From positions 1,364,001 through 1,428,000 of the forward strand of contig BQFW01000005.1 of assembly GCA_020891255.1 (NCBI GenBank): DNA of 64,000 nucleotides, in the 5' to 3' direction. Shown one piece after another: positions 1 through 10,359 of the stretch (the first letter of the stretch is position 1; every line of letters starts with the position of its first letter). The translations under genes and the position numbers were made by a program. The notes beneath the pieces are model-generated. The model was given only the letters and a program-made list of their open reading frames with translations. It made no database searches and was not told the DNA's origin. Origin of the DNA: Entomortierella parvispora E1425. Taxonomy: Eukaryota > Fungi > Mortierellomycota.

Positions 1-403
1 TTTCTTTTTATTCATGTGCGTGGTAGGAGCCATCGTAATCTCTGTAATTGTCTTTCCAGAAGATTATGACGGTTCAGAGACGTGGAGAATTCGAATATTC
101 CTTCTTCTTCCGTTGGATGTCATTATCTCGCTTGTTTCTGCGTGGCATTACCATCACATAGCCTACAGTTTTTACACAAATCCTTTGGTCCGCATTACCT
201 ACTTTCTCATTATCCTATATAAGATTATTGGAAATGAAAGACCCCTCTTTGTGGGATCCCGAAGGACACGAGCTGTTTGTAAGTAATTTGAATTAGAGAA
301 GTGCAACGATCCGCAAACCAAGAAATACTTCAATTTGAAAACTGAGCAGCCTCTTTTATTCCAGTGTTTTGCATTTTTTGCTTTAGTTCTACTCTGATGT
401 CAT

Positions 404-520
404 TCAATTAAAATGAGGAAGCCGGAGGCGACTCAGCTCGTCAGTGGGATTGTGTTCGGATCGTATATAGAGAGGGAGAATGCTCGCACGAAGGTCATAG
501 AGGCGTTTTTTTATTATTGA
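404..520 (-). pseudogene. Possible RNase H C-terminal remnant of a DIRS/Ngaro-like retroelement
   Basis: Minus frame reads KKRLYDLRASILPLYIRSEHNPTDELSR, resembling the YI-x-S-x-x-N-x-AD-x-LSR end of retroelement RNase H. It is short and has no other supporting domains. Confidence 0.3.
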
Positions 521-615
521 ACTTATACTATTGGAAGTGTCTATTTGTCGTCCGATTCGACATCTCCTTCCTTGTCGTCCGATGCTCTTATTTGTCGTCC
601 AGATTTCTGCACCGT

Positions 616-726
616 TGCAATAGGAGTATCGAGGGTGGAGTGGAGACAAGAAGTGAGTTTTATTATATTGCAAGTTTCTAGCTTTTGTAGGTACACATCG
701 CGTGATGTCACCGTATTCCTGTTACA
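616..726 (-). repeat. 3' LTR (111 bp)
   Basis: Base-for-base identical to 5572-5682 and preceded on the element strand by the PPT. Confidence 0.97.
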
Positions 727-738
727 CCTTCCCCTTTT
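727..738 (-). other. Polypurine tract AAAAGGGGAAGG
   Basis: Directly abuts the 3' LTR and overlaps the pol stop codon. The same tract is at 19412-19423 in the relic copy. Confidence 0.9.
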
Positions 739-3700
739 AAAAAATGATACCGTGCTGCTCTTTGAAGGTTGTGACCAAGTCCATGCAGTTGTCCAAGTTG
801 CTTACTGGGAGCCATTCGTCAGCTTCTCTGCCGTAGCCTTTGAATGACACTAGGAACTGGTGTTGTCTGCGGTAGAAGCGGTACTTTAAAATTTCGTCCA
901 CTTCATACTCCTCTTCGCCGTCAATTACAGTGGGATCCACGGGGGCAGGAGCTCGAATGCCGAGTGACTCCGGGGACGGCAAATAGGGTCGAAAGGTATC
1001 AACGTGGAAGACGTCATGGATTTTGTAGAATGGTGGCAGCTCGACGCGGAAGGTGACAGGTGAGTGTTGCTCCAAAAGTGTGAACGGGCCAAGGAATTGA
1101 GGTCGAAGTTTATCGGCTGGTCTGATACTGTCGGCAGGGATGGTGATATTGGTGGCACGCAGCAGGACCTTATCGCCAACCTTGTACTTGTGATCCCGTC
1201 GTCGCTTGTTTGCCTGTTGCTCCTGATGATCCTGAGCACGCTGCAGAGCATCCTGGGCCAGGGCAAGGGTGGTCGCCTGCTCAGTCAGGAAGGTATCGAC
1301 AGTGGGGACTGAGCTGCTGGGTTTACCGAGGAGAGCGGTGGGGAGACGAGGGTGCTGGCCAGAGTTGAGGAAGAACGGCGAGTATCCCGTGGATGCATTG
1401 ACAGCGTTGTTATAGGCGAATTCCAGTGACGGAAGGAGCTGGTCCCAGTTAGACTGCTTGTTGTCAATAAACGCTCTCAACATAGTCTTCAGCGTCTTGT
1501 TCATAACCTCTGTCTGCCCATCCGTCTGTGGGTGGTAGGCGGTTGACAGTGCAAGTTTGACATCCATTAGCCTGTGCAACTCTTGCCAGAATCTACTAGT
1601 GAATCGAGTGTCGCGGTCCGAGATGATGGATGTTGGTGTGCCATGCAGCTTAAAGATGTTGTCAAAAAACTGGTGGGCGACGTCGACGGCTGTGGCAGAG
1701 GTAGTACTGGGGACGAAGTGAGCTTGCTTGGTCAGCTTGTCGACAAACACTGTGATGGCGTCAAAATTTCTAGCTGTGGGCGGAAGAGGGCCGATGAAGT
1801 CCATGGTGACTACCTCCCAACGTTGCGAAGGAATGGGTAGCGGTTGCAAGAGTCCAGCTGGTCGATCCTGTGAGTCCTTGTTCCTTTGACACTTCTCGCA
1901 GGTTGCTACATACTGCTGGGTATCCTTGGCGATGTGGGGCCAATATACGAAACGGCGCAGGTTGTCGTAAGTCTTTTGAAAACCAAAGTGTCCAGCAGTG
2001 GCAGAGTCGTGAGCGTCGTGCAAGAGAGTGAGGCGGATCGGGGAGTGCCGAGGGATGGCCAGGGTGGTTGCTCCACGTCGGGTAAAGTAGAGGAGGTTGT
2101 TCTGGAATGAATATCCATTGGCAACCTTCCCATCCAGGCAATCCTTGTAGATGGGTCCAAGTCGAGGATCGTCGTTGTAGTCCTGGACAAGCTGGTCACG
2201 GACGTCCGGGGACAGGGAGACGCTGAGGTTGTATAGCTCAACAGGGTCAGGCTCGCGGTAGTCCGGTCGTCGGGAGAGAGCGTCTGGGACGATGTTGTCA
2301 ACTCCTCGCTTGTACTTGAAGTCAAAGTCGTATTCCTGAAGCAACTCCATCCAGCGAGCCTGTCGACGAGTGAGTTTGGGCTGTGTGGGGAAGTGGCGGA
2401 GGGTGGCGTGGTCGGTGTGGACGCTGAACTTGGTTCCATCGAGGTAGTAGCGCCAAGTGCGGAGCGCATGGATGACAGCCAACAGTTCCTGCTCATGGAC
2501 AGGGTAGTTCCGCTCAGCTGACTGCATTTTTCCTGGAAGTGAATGCGATGGGATGGGTATTCCCTTCCCGGTCAGTCTGCAGCAGCACTGCACCGATGGC
2601 GAAACCGGATGCATCTGTTTCGACAAAGGTGAGAGATCAGGGTCGAAGATGCGGAGGACGGGGGCGGAGCAGATGGCGCGTTTGAGCTGAAGGAATGCAG
2701 ATTGTTGTTCGTCGGTCCATTTGAAGGGAGTGTTGTTGGCGAGGAGGGAAGAGAGAGGGAGGGCAATCCCTGCAAAGCCCGATACGTACTGTTGATAAAA
2801 TTGCGCAAGCCCCAAAAATTGCTGGACGTCCTTTGTGCTCTTGGGGGTGGGCCAGTCACTGATGGCTTTGCTGAGCCCGGCCGATGTTTTGATCCCGTCC
2901 TTCGTGATGGTGTGGCCCAAAAATTCAGTTTCGTCTTGCATGAAGGAGCACTTGCTCAATTTCGCGTACAGACCATTCTTGCGGAGGAGAGCCAGGACGC
3001 TTCGGAGATGCTGCAGGTGTTCTTTCTTTGTCTTGGAGTAGATCAACAGATCGTCGAGATACACGACAACCCATTTGTCCAAGACTGGATCGAGTACTCG
3101 CAACATCATATTGGAGAACGAAGCAGGAGCGTTAGTAAGGCCAAAGGGAACAACATTGAACTCAAAGTGACCATAGCGACAACGGAAGGCAGTCTTGTGT
3201 GTGTGTGGTTCAAAGATACGCTGCTGATGATAACCGGATAACAAGTCCAACTTGGAGTAATAGCGTGCTCCACGGAAGCGGTCAAGAAGCTCGTCGATAC
3301 GGGGCAACGGGTGTCTGTTCTTCCTGGTGATCTTGTTGAGGCCACGGTAGTCGACGCACATTCGGAGTGTGCCGTCCTTCTTCCGCACAAAGAGCACGGG
3401 GGCGCCATAGGGAGAGGTACTGGGTTTGATAAAACCTGCTGCTAGCAATTGGTCCAGTTGTTTGCGAAGTTCGTCAAGCTCGGCGATTGAAAGTCTAATG
3501 ACAGGGCGGAAGGGTGGGTCGGCTGTCGGGTCGGTCTCGATCTTCATAGCATCACCACGGTCTGGGGGCAGGCCGTCCGGGAGTTTCTCCGGAAAGACAT
3601 CAGCGAACTCTTCCATGACAATGGACCGCACCTCTGGGGGTCATATCGGGAATTGTACGCGGTTGGTCAGTTTCTTCAGAGGGCTCTGGGGTGTTGCGAA

Positions 3701-4532
3701 TAAGGGCCAGGAACACCTCCGAGCCGGGCAGGGTTGCCATGGAATGAAAGTGCATGTGTGTGAGGAGGAGTCCTTTGGTGCGGCTTTGGATGTGATCGGC
3801 CTTGAAGCCGCGGCAGCTCCATTTGACATCGATTCCATTGTGAGTGAAATGAAGATCGTTGGTGCGCCAATTGATGCAAGGGTTAACTTTGGTGAGCCAG
3901 GGTTTGCCAAGGATGAGGTCGTATTTGTTGAGAGGATAGAGAATAGGGTTGAGCGAATCGGAGTAGTCGCTGCGGTTGAGGGTGATGGGGACGGTGTGTG
4001 ATGTGAGGGAGGAAGAGCCATTGGGGAGGAGGATGGGGATGGGCAAGCATTCAGTGCGGAGGAGCTGGTGTCGCTTTTGAAAAGACGAACTGATAATATT
4101 ACCTTCTGCACCACCATCAATCAGGATTCTGGCAGCGTGGCCATTGACAGAACCGATGAAAGTGAGCAGTTGGCTCTCTGCCTTTTGGACAGTGAATTCG
4201 TGTAGGCGAATCGCACGACGCTTCAACTTCTTCAACTGACTTTTGGACAGAGGTACACTAGGTGCCGGCGGTACAGCGAGAGGGTCCGGTTCATCTGTAT
4301 CGGAGGATCTAGGTAGAGGAGCGGACAGGGCAACTGGAGCGGGCGAGGCAACAGGTTTTTTGGTTTGGTTTTGGTTTCGGTCCGATAGAACAACCAGAGC
4401 ATCGTGGATGTGAGTTCGCTTGTCATGATTGGAGTCATGTTTCTGAGGTGTAGAATCAAGTGAAGTTTTATTTGAGGTACTTAGCTCAGGGTTGTTGGCT
4501 ACAGTTTCGACAACTGGGGGTCCGGACCGACC
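737..4532 (-). CDS. pol: Pol polyprotein (aspartic protease, RT, RNase H, integrase, chromodomain), interrupted by 3 single-base indels
   Basis: Motifs LIDGGA (PR), RMCVDYR/YLDD (RT), NYPVHEQELLA (RH), H-H/CEKC and MDF/SDRD/TEVMN (IN), GPF and YEV..LVSFKGY (chromo). Frameshifts at about 3638, 2630 and 2529. Confidence 0.93.
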
Positions 4533-5453
4533 CTAGTTGCCGGAGGCTTTTCCCGAATCAGGGGATTCACCCGCGGTTACTTGATTAATTCCTCGGCTGC
4601 CGTTGCCGTACTTAGGGCAATTGGGACTGATGTGACCCAATTCGCGGCAGCGGAAGCAGCCACCGTTACGTACAAGGTACTCTCGGTCGGCGGCGGTCAG
4701 GGGTGCGGGGCGATCTCGAGAAGGGTTGTTAGTACCGTTGGTGGGGCGGTTCTGTAAGGAGCGGTGAAGGGTGCCGAGTTGCTTATGGATATTGTTGAGT
4801 TGGATATGAATATTGTCCACTTCCATTGCGTTGGGGTCGGTGATACCAGCAGAGGATCCCGAGGCAGCCAGTGCTTTGGCACCGAGTGATGGGTCTCCAG
4901 TGTGGAAGATACGACCGAACTCCTCCGCGGCCTTGAAGAGTCTGGGCAGATCTATGGTGTCGTTGCCTGCATTAACAATGGCCACTTCCAGCATCTGGCG
5001 AAGCTGAGTAGGTGCACCACTGAGAAAGGCAGTACGGATAGTATCGTTGAGAACTGCGTTGTCGGCGTAGTAAGACTGGAGGAGCAGGTGGTATTCACGG
5101 GCTTTGGTAATATAGGCCATGACGTTGGAGATGTTCAATGGTAGTGTCATTTTCATTTGCATTGTGAGGGCGAGAATGTGCTCCTTAAACTTCGCAGGAC
5201 TGAACTCGGTGGCAAGGAGCTCGCTGAAATCCGGGAATGAGGTGTCGGATGGCTTGTTTAAGAGTGCCCACCAGCCGATAACCTCATCGCCGGCAAAGGC
5301 AAGGGTAACCCCGACCTTGCGAGATTCGGCAATTCCAGCGCCATCGAAGAAAAAGGTCATGCGTTTCAGAAAACCGAGAACAGAGAATCCGTCGCGCTTG
5401 CCGTTGAACGGTGTTGGATGAGGGAATTTGAATGACGGTGTCGCGGGGTCCAT
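4533..5453 (-). CDS. gag: Gag protein
   Basis: ORF from MDPATP..., with retrotransposon gag-like helical region and CFRCRELGHISPNC zinc knuckle. Ends in TAG in frame with pol. Confidence 0.9.
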   Translation of the reverse strand: MDPATPSFKFPHPTPFNGKRDGFSVLGFLKRMTFFFDGAGIAESRKVGVTLAFAGDEVIGWWALLNKPSDTSFPDFSELLATEFSPAKFKEHILALTMQMKMTLPLNISNVMAYITKAREYHLLLQSYYADNAVLNDTIRTAFLSGAPTQLRQMLEVAIVNAGNDTIDLPRLFKAAEEFGRIFHTGDPSLGAKALAASGSSAGITDPNAMEVDNIHIQLNNIHKQLGTLHRSLQNRPTNGTNNPSRDRPAPLTAADREYLVRNGGCFRCRELGHISPNCPKYGNGSRGINQVTAGESPDSGKASGN

Positions 5454-5559
5454 GTTGGGTGAATTGTCGAGGGAGAGTTGATCGAAGAGGGATACGAGGG
5501 GGTCCAGGGTGTAAGTGTGTCGGAGGGTCAGTGGGTCAGTGAGGTCAGTGGATCGAAAA

Positions 5560-5571
5560 CCTTTGCTACCA
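5560..5571 (-). other. Primer binding site for initiator tRNA-Met (TGGTAGCAAAGG)
   Basis: Starts with TGG immediately after the 5' LTR. Its complement ...CTTTGCT-A-CCA fits the initiator A1:U72/A73 end. Confidence 0.85.
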
Positions 5572-5682
5572 TGCAATAGGAGTATCGAGGGTGGAGTGGA
5601 GACAAGAAGTGAGTTTTATTATATTGCAAGTTTCTAGCTTTTGTAGGTACACATCGCGTGATGTCACCGTATTCCTGTTACA
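5572..5682 (-). repeat. 5' LTR (111 bp)
   Basis: Identical to 616-726 and followed by the PBS on the element strand. Confidence 0.97.
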
Positions 5683-5855
5683 ACCGTGCCCTGGTCATGC
5701 GCCGTGCCCATGCACCGCGCCCTGGTTATCCACTGCAATGAGTAGGCTATAGCATCAATGAGGACGAGGAGTGGAACGTGTCTATTAGACTAGCTAGACC
5801 AGGGCGCGATCGATTATCGACTGAGCTTGATCATAAGACCACTCCTGGGAACACC

Positions 5856-5984
<129 letters not shown>

Positions 5985-6119
5985 AGTTCCATGAAACCAG
6001 AAGTTCCATGAAACCGTCGGTCAATATCTTTTTATCCACGGACGCAATTGCATTTCTCGTGTTGAACTTCCTAAGCTTGATCGTTTCGTGTGTCTTTGCG
6101 GATTGAGGCTCTCCCACAG

Positions 6120-6175
6120 TACAGTCCACACCCACATCGACTGAAATTTTTCACTCGATGTGGGTGTGGACTGTA
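6120..6175. repeat. Perfect 21-bp inverted repeat (hairpin)
   Basis: tacagtccacacccacatcga (6120-6140) pairs with tcgatgtgggtgtggactgta (6155-6175), separated by a 14-nt spacer. Confidence 0.95.
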
Positions 6176-6287
6176 GGAACGGCCAATAATTGCGACGACA
6201 AGGAAGGGGCTCTCTTACCAGACGACAAGTAGACACGTTCCACTCCTCATCCTCATTGATGCTACAGCCTACTCCTTGCAGTGGATA

Positions 6288-6375
6288 ACCAGGACGCGGT
6301 GCATGACCAGGGCGCGGTGCATGACCAGGACGCGGTGCATGACCAGGGCGCGGTGCATGACCAGGGCGCGGTGCA
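6288..6375 (+). repeat. 18-bp tandem repeat, about 5 copies (accagg[a/g]cgcggtgcatg)
   Basis: Contiguous units with no spacers. Degenerate reverse-complement copies flank the LTR insertion site. Confidence 0.95.
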
Positions 6376-7461
6376 GAAATCTGGACGACAAATAGGAGCA
6401 TCAGACGACAAGGAGATGTCGGATCGGACGACAAATAGACACTTCCGCGATGCCGCTCTCTCCCTACGCGTGAGAAACGCATGTGACCCAAAACAGCCAT
6501 CAGTTCTGTCCTGTTATCTGTGTTATATTTTTGTGCCTGCTTGAATGTTGTGTACATTGCTGTCAACAAACAGACAAATCCCGTTCTGCCGTTATCCGAT
6601 TCTCTTGTGTGTTTGTCTCCAGGGGTCTGCCACCCTTTTTTTTGCCCATCGTTAAGTCGAGTTGATTGAAGAACACAGACGACAAGTAAACATGTTACCC
6701 TTAGCTGCGTGATGAATAGAATACCGCAATCTTTTCCCCCCAAACGCTGCTCATTCAAAACGGGTTACATAGATTCAACAACGAGGGCGTAGGGTAGCGG
6801 GCGAGGAGTTGCAGTACAGACCGACCAACAGGCACCTAAAATTTCATCGGTATCCGTCAGACGGCCAACAAATAGACCCCTCTGGGAACTTTGTGGACGA
6901 ATCGCTAATTTGAAGTAATTGAAAGGTAGCAGAGCACCCCAGAAAAAGTAGTTCCGCTTGACCGCTATTGGTTGTTATCCGATGCTCTTGTTTTTCCATC
7001 CACCCATCCTTGTGGTTTGCTTTTGTTTGTGTGTCTTCTCTGACGGAAGGGCCGACAAATAGACGCGTCTTTGGGAAGTGTCTTCACATATCGCTGTGAA
7101 CGCGCCCATGTACCTCTGAACCTTAAACTTCACCCCCTGAACCTTAAAGAGCTAGAGCACAGCTGAACGACAAGTAAGGAGAACTGGCTAGACACCTCTA
7201 TACAGGACAGAGTGCGTTCTCCACCACAGTTAGTTGTCAGGGTGTGAAAAAGAAACTCACCAACGAGTACAATTTACAGTAACTCCAGAGTAACTCCAGA
7301 ATTAATATAAATAGTCATGGACCCATTGTCCAAAAATTCTACATCTTCTCCAAACCCTTCCCAAAGTACATAGTATTCAGTTTTATCTGATTCTGCATGC
7401 AGCTGTTTCTTCGGTATCTAACTCTATCTAACCTCACTTTTCTTCTTTAGGTATCGCTTTC

Positions 7462-8016
7462 ATGTTGTTCAAGATACTGGCTATTGTCACAGTTCTCTCG
7501 CTGACAGAGGCATCTAGCCACAATACGACTCTGATGTCTGGCCACAACGCCACTACACCTGGTGGTCATAAGCCTCATGAGCTCATAGCAGGATGCAGTG
7601 CCATCCCTATTTTGAAATGTACGCTTACTGCACAAAGCTATTGCGAGACGGAGTTTGGAGTTGCCATGCCAGGCAATGTTTGCCTTTATGGAGCGACTTC
7701 TGCTTGTGCTTTTTCCTACTGTTTAAGACAACCAAGTGTCATGACAGCAGAGGCAATCTACTCGGAGTATAAATTACCGTGCAATGACGGTCCCACTGAC
7801 CCTCGTAAAGTCTGGGGGTATGATACCGGTTATCCCGCTGCATACAGCGCAGGTGCGGCTTATATCGAGGGCGAGGACAAGAAGAAAACAAGAGTGCAAA
7901 CCAAGAAAAGAACCAGAAAATCTGGAAAGGTGGACATCACTCAAGCTTGTTGCTTGGACGATAACTACTTCGGTGAATGCTGTGCGATTGGCCACGGAAT
8001 GGCGTGCCAAATGTAA
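7462..8016 (+). CDS. Small secreted Cys-rich protein (184 aa, 12 Cys)
   Basis: Signal-like N-terminus MLFKILAIVTVLSLTEA, intronless ORF, TATA-like tataaa near 7307, basic linker and C-terminal CC..CC..C module. Confidence 0.75.
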   Translation: MLFKILAIVTVLSLTEASSHNTTLMSGHNATTPGGHKPHELIAGCSAIPILKCTLTAQSYCETEFGVAMPGNVCLYGATSACAFSYCLRQPSVMTAEAIYSEYKLPCNDGPTDPRKVWGYDTGYPAAYSAGAAYIEGEDKKKTRVQTKKRTRKSGKVDITQACCLDDNYFGECCAIGHGMACQM

Positions 8017-8032
8017 ACAGGTCGTCCAACGG

Positions 8033-8200
8033 TGTAACAACATGATAGTATTATAATTCGGCGATAAGCAGTATCTATTTAGTATTAATAATACCCCTAT
8101 AATAAACCAAAACTCCTGTCTCCACTCTCTCCCCAGCACTCCTGTTGTATGATAGTGTAGCAAAGGACCTAGATCCCCTGACCTCTGACCCCTCGCTACC
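8033..8200 (+). mobile_element. Degenerate 5' LTR + PBS/leader remnant of a related chromovirus
   Basis: Starts TGTAACA. Its 3' part aataaa..ctgtctccactc..actcctgttgta resembles the family LTR end. It is followed by gtagcaaagg..gatcccctgacctctgacccctc, matching the PBS/leader of the intact element. Confidence 0.65.
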
Positions 8201-8360
8201 CTGTCTCCAAGAGCACCCTTCGGCCGTCATGATCAGATGAGGCAGAAAGAAGGAAGAGAGGGAGAGTTATGGTTTATTGTGATCTCAAAGGGTATTATAC
8301 TGTGTAGTAGAAAGCGAGGCAGGTCCACTTCGATACGCGCCTAGCTTAAAGGGGTTGTTT

Positions 8361-10359
8361 TTACACGGCGCTAGTATAGTCGAAGGTGGTCATGTCCTCG
8401 TAGAGGGTCTGGGTCGAGACTACAATGGCGCTAGTACGTAGGGACGAATGCGCGGCTTTTTTTTTTTTTTTTTTTTTTTTTTTTTGGCTGGCCAGATGGT
8501 TTTTATGGCCCTGGCACAGGGAAAACATTGGGACAAACTTTAAAGTGATGATGCTCGAGATCATGACTCTGGCATCGTAAAAATTCCCAAAACCGGGTCA
8601 AGTCCTGTCTTGAACTCGATCCAGTCGGAGAACGAGTCGGCGGTCGTGCATCTCTTTCGAGAATCCACCGCCATCGAGTCGATCCTGTCTTCGAGTCTAC
8701 TTGTCGTGTACACGGCGTTGTTCATTCGGTCCACCTCTGTCCTCCTGGATCTGAGCTCGGTGGCACCTCCTTGTAACGAGACATTGTACCTGCTTTTCAA
8801 GAACTCCCATATATATATGTAGTTAGCCTTTTGTTGTTTCTGGGTTGCCGCTGAATGGTCTGCAAAAAGACAAAGAAGGGGTAGTCCTTGGCTTGACGAC
8901 ACAAATTGGACAGGGTGAGACGCGTAAAGGGATCAAAGTGGGCCAAACAAAAGATCTATTGGTCATGGTCGTCGGTGTCCATAGTCTCTCCTAGCGTGGT
9001 GGTCCGTCTCGACCGTTGAAAGGGCTCTAGCTTAGCCGGATCCGCAAAGACAACAAAGGGTTTCCTCCGAAGAGTTCCTTAACGGTCTGTTGGATGTCGA
9101 CACAACGAGATCCCAAGACATTGAATGATCTGATCCAGCATTTCTCTCGAGACCATCGACCTCTCATCGAGAACAAAGAAGGGCTTTCTTCCCTGGGTCT
9201 TGATTCTCACAAGGCTCCATCCGATCTGGAACAGAATCGGGATAAAAGCCTCCACATTCACAGACTAACCGGAAGGACGGGCCCCCGAGATGCCAAAAAA
9301 ATGATGCAGCGTCAATCCCCCAATATTAAATGCAGCGACACTAGACCACAGACTCGTGGTTGCCCTTAATAGACGTCAAAGCCCAGCTAAATGTAGCCCA
9401 GGTTAGGCCATTATCTGCCTTAGAACTTGCTCCTGCTCCACACTGAGCTGGAACCCAAGACCCTGATCCTGTCCCGCCTCCTCCTCATCGGAATCCGTTC
9501 ATGACATCAAAGGAGGCCCCCGTGCTAAACCCCTGGAAGGTTGGTGGGGTGGGGTCGACTTGATGTTTTTGGGGTCATTTGGAGCACTTTTTCGGTGGCG
9601 AGGCTAGGTCCTGGGGCCCTGGTACCTTGGCTCATAGCAGTCCTCAGTTGCGGCTATCTGAAGATGCCATCAGGAACTCGGAGATAGGTTCTAGCGTATG
9701 TAAAAAATTGGCTTTCACACCGTGTACCTAGGGTCTCCCACAGCGGACTTTTCTACAGATTTGTTCTAGCACATGTAAAAATGGCTTTGCCCTGAAGCTT
9801 GGCTATTTGTAACAATGCATGGAGTTTCAGCTTGAATTTTGAAAGTGAAGACAAGGGGAGTATTTATTAGGGATCCATCAGCCTTTTGCCTTCTGGGGCG
9901 ACAATGCATGGAGCCTCGCTTGTTTTCCTCGAATGATCCGGGCTCAATTGCATTTTTCTTGCCAGCCTTCGCGAACTCAAAAAAGCCCGGGAATCCATTG
10001 TTCATGGCATTTCCACGGTTATGAGGGTCCTGTTGGGGATTCTCATTATATGAAATAGGCGCGTTTTTCTTGGGAAGAGGCTTCGATGAATACTCAAGGC
10101 CTTTAAAGCAACAGAATGGTGCTGCATCTGATTGCATGAAGACATTTGCCCAAGAGATTTGGTGGTACTTGGCCAAGCACTGTTCGCACAGCCGAATCTT
10201 GCAGGTTCGGGTTCCCTTTTCCCTTTTCTTTGTCAAAAACCTGTCCACAGCATGCAGGCAGAGTATTGAAAATGCGTCCATGGCATCCGCAGTATGACGA
10301 AAGATTCGAATGCAGTAGTCTTTATTTGCGGATTTGTTGCAGGCCCTTTGCTTGATCAT
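8361..10359 (-). pseudogene. Highly degraded ORF fragments, possibly of a transposon-encoded (TnpB/Fanzor-like?) protein
   Basis: Broken reading frames, e.g. TLGETMDTDDH and FSDWIEFKTGLDPVLG(N)FY, with multiple stops and frameshifts. No intact RuvC motifs seen. Confidence 0.25.

Larger units (their letters stand above)
616..5682 (-). mobile_element. Full-length Ty3/Gypsy LTR retrotransposon (chromovirus)
   Basis: Identical 111-bp LTRs (TG...CA on the minus strand), 5-bp TSD ACCGT at 611-615 and 5683-5687, PBS and PPT. Gag has a CCHC knuckle; pol has PR-RT(YLDD)-RH-IN(HHCC, DDE)-chromodomain order. Confidence 0.97.

Noticed and set aside
844-5421. Numerous + strand ORFs over the retrotransposon, and antisense ORFs over CEP120, PET127, SHPRH and the MULE gene
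   Set aside because: They are shadows of real opposite-strand genes with no independent motifs.
6288-6375. CRISPR-like array
   Set aside because: The units are contiguous 18-mers with no unique spacers, the context is eukaryotic, and there are no cas genes.
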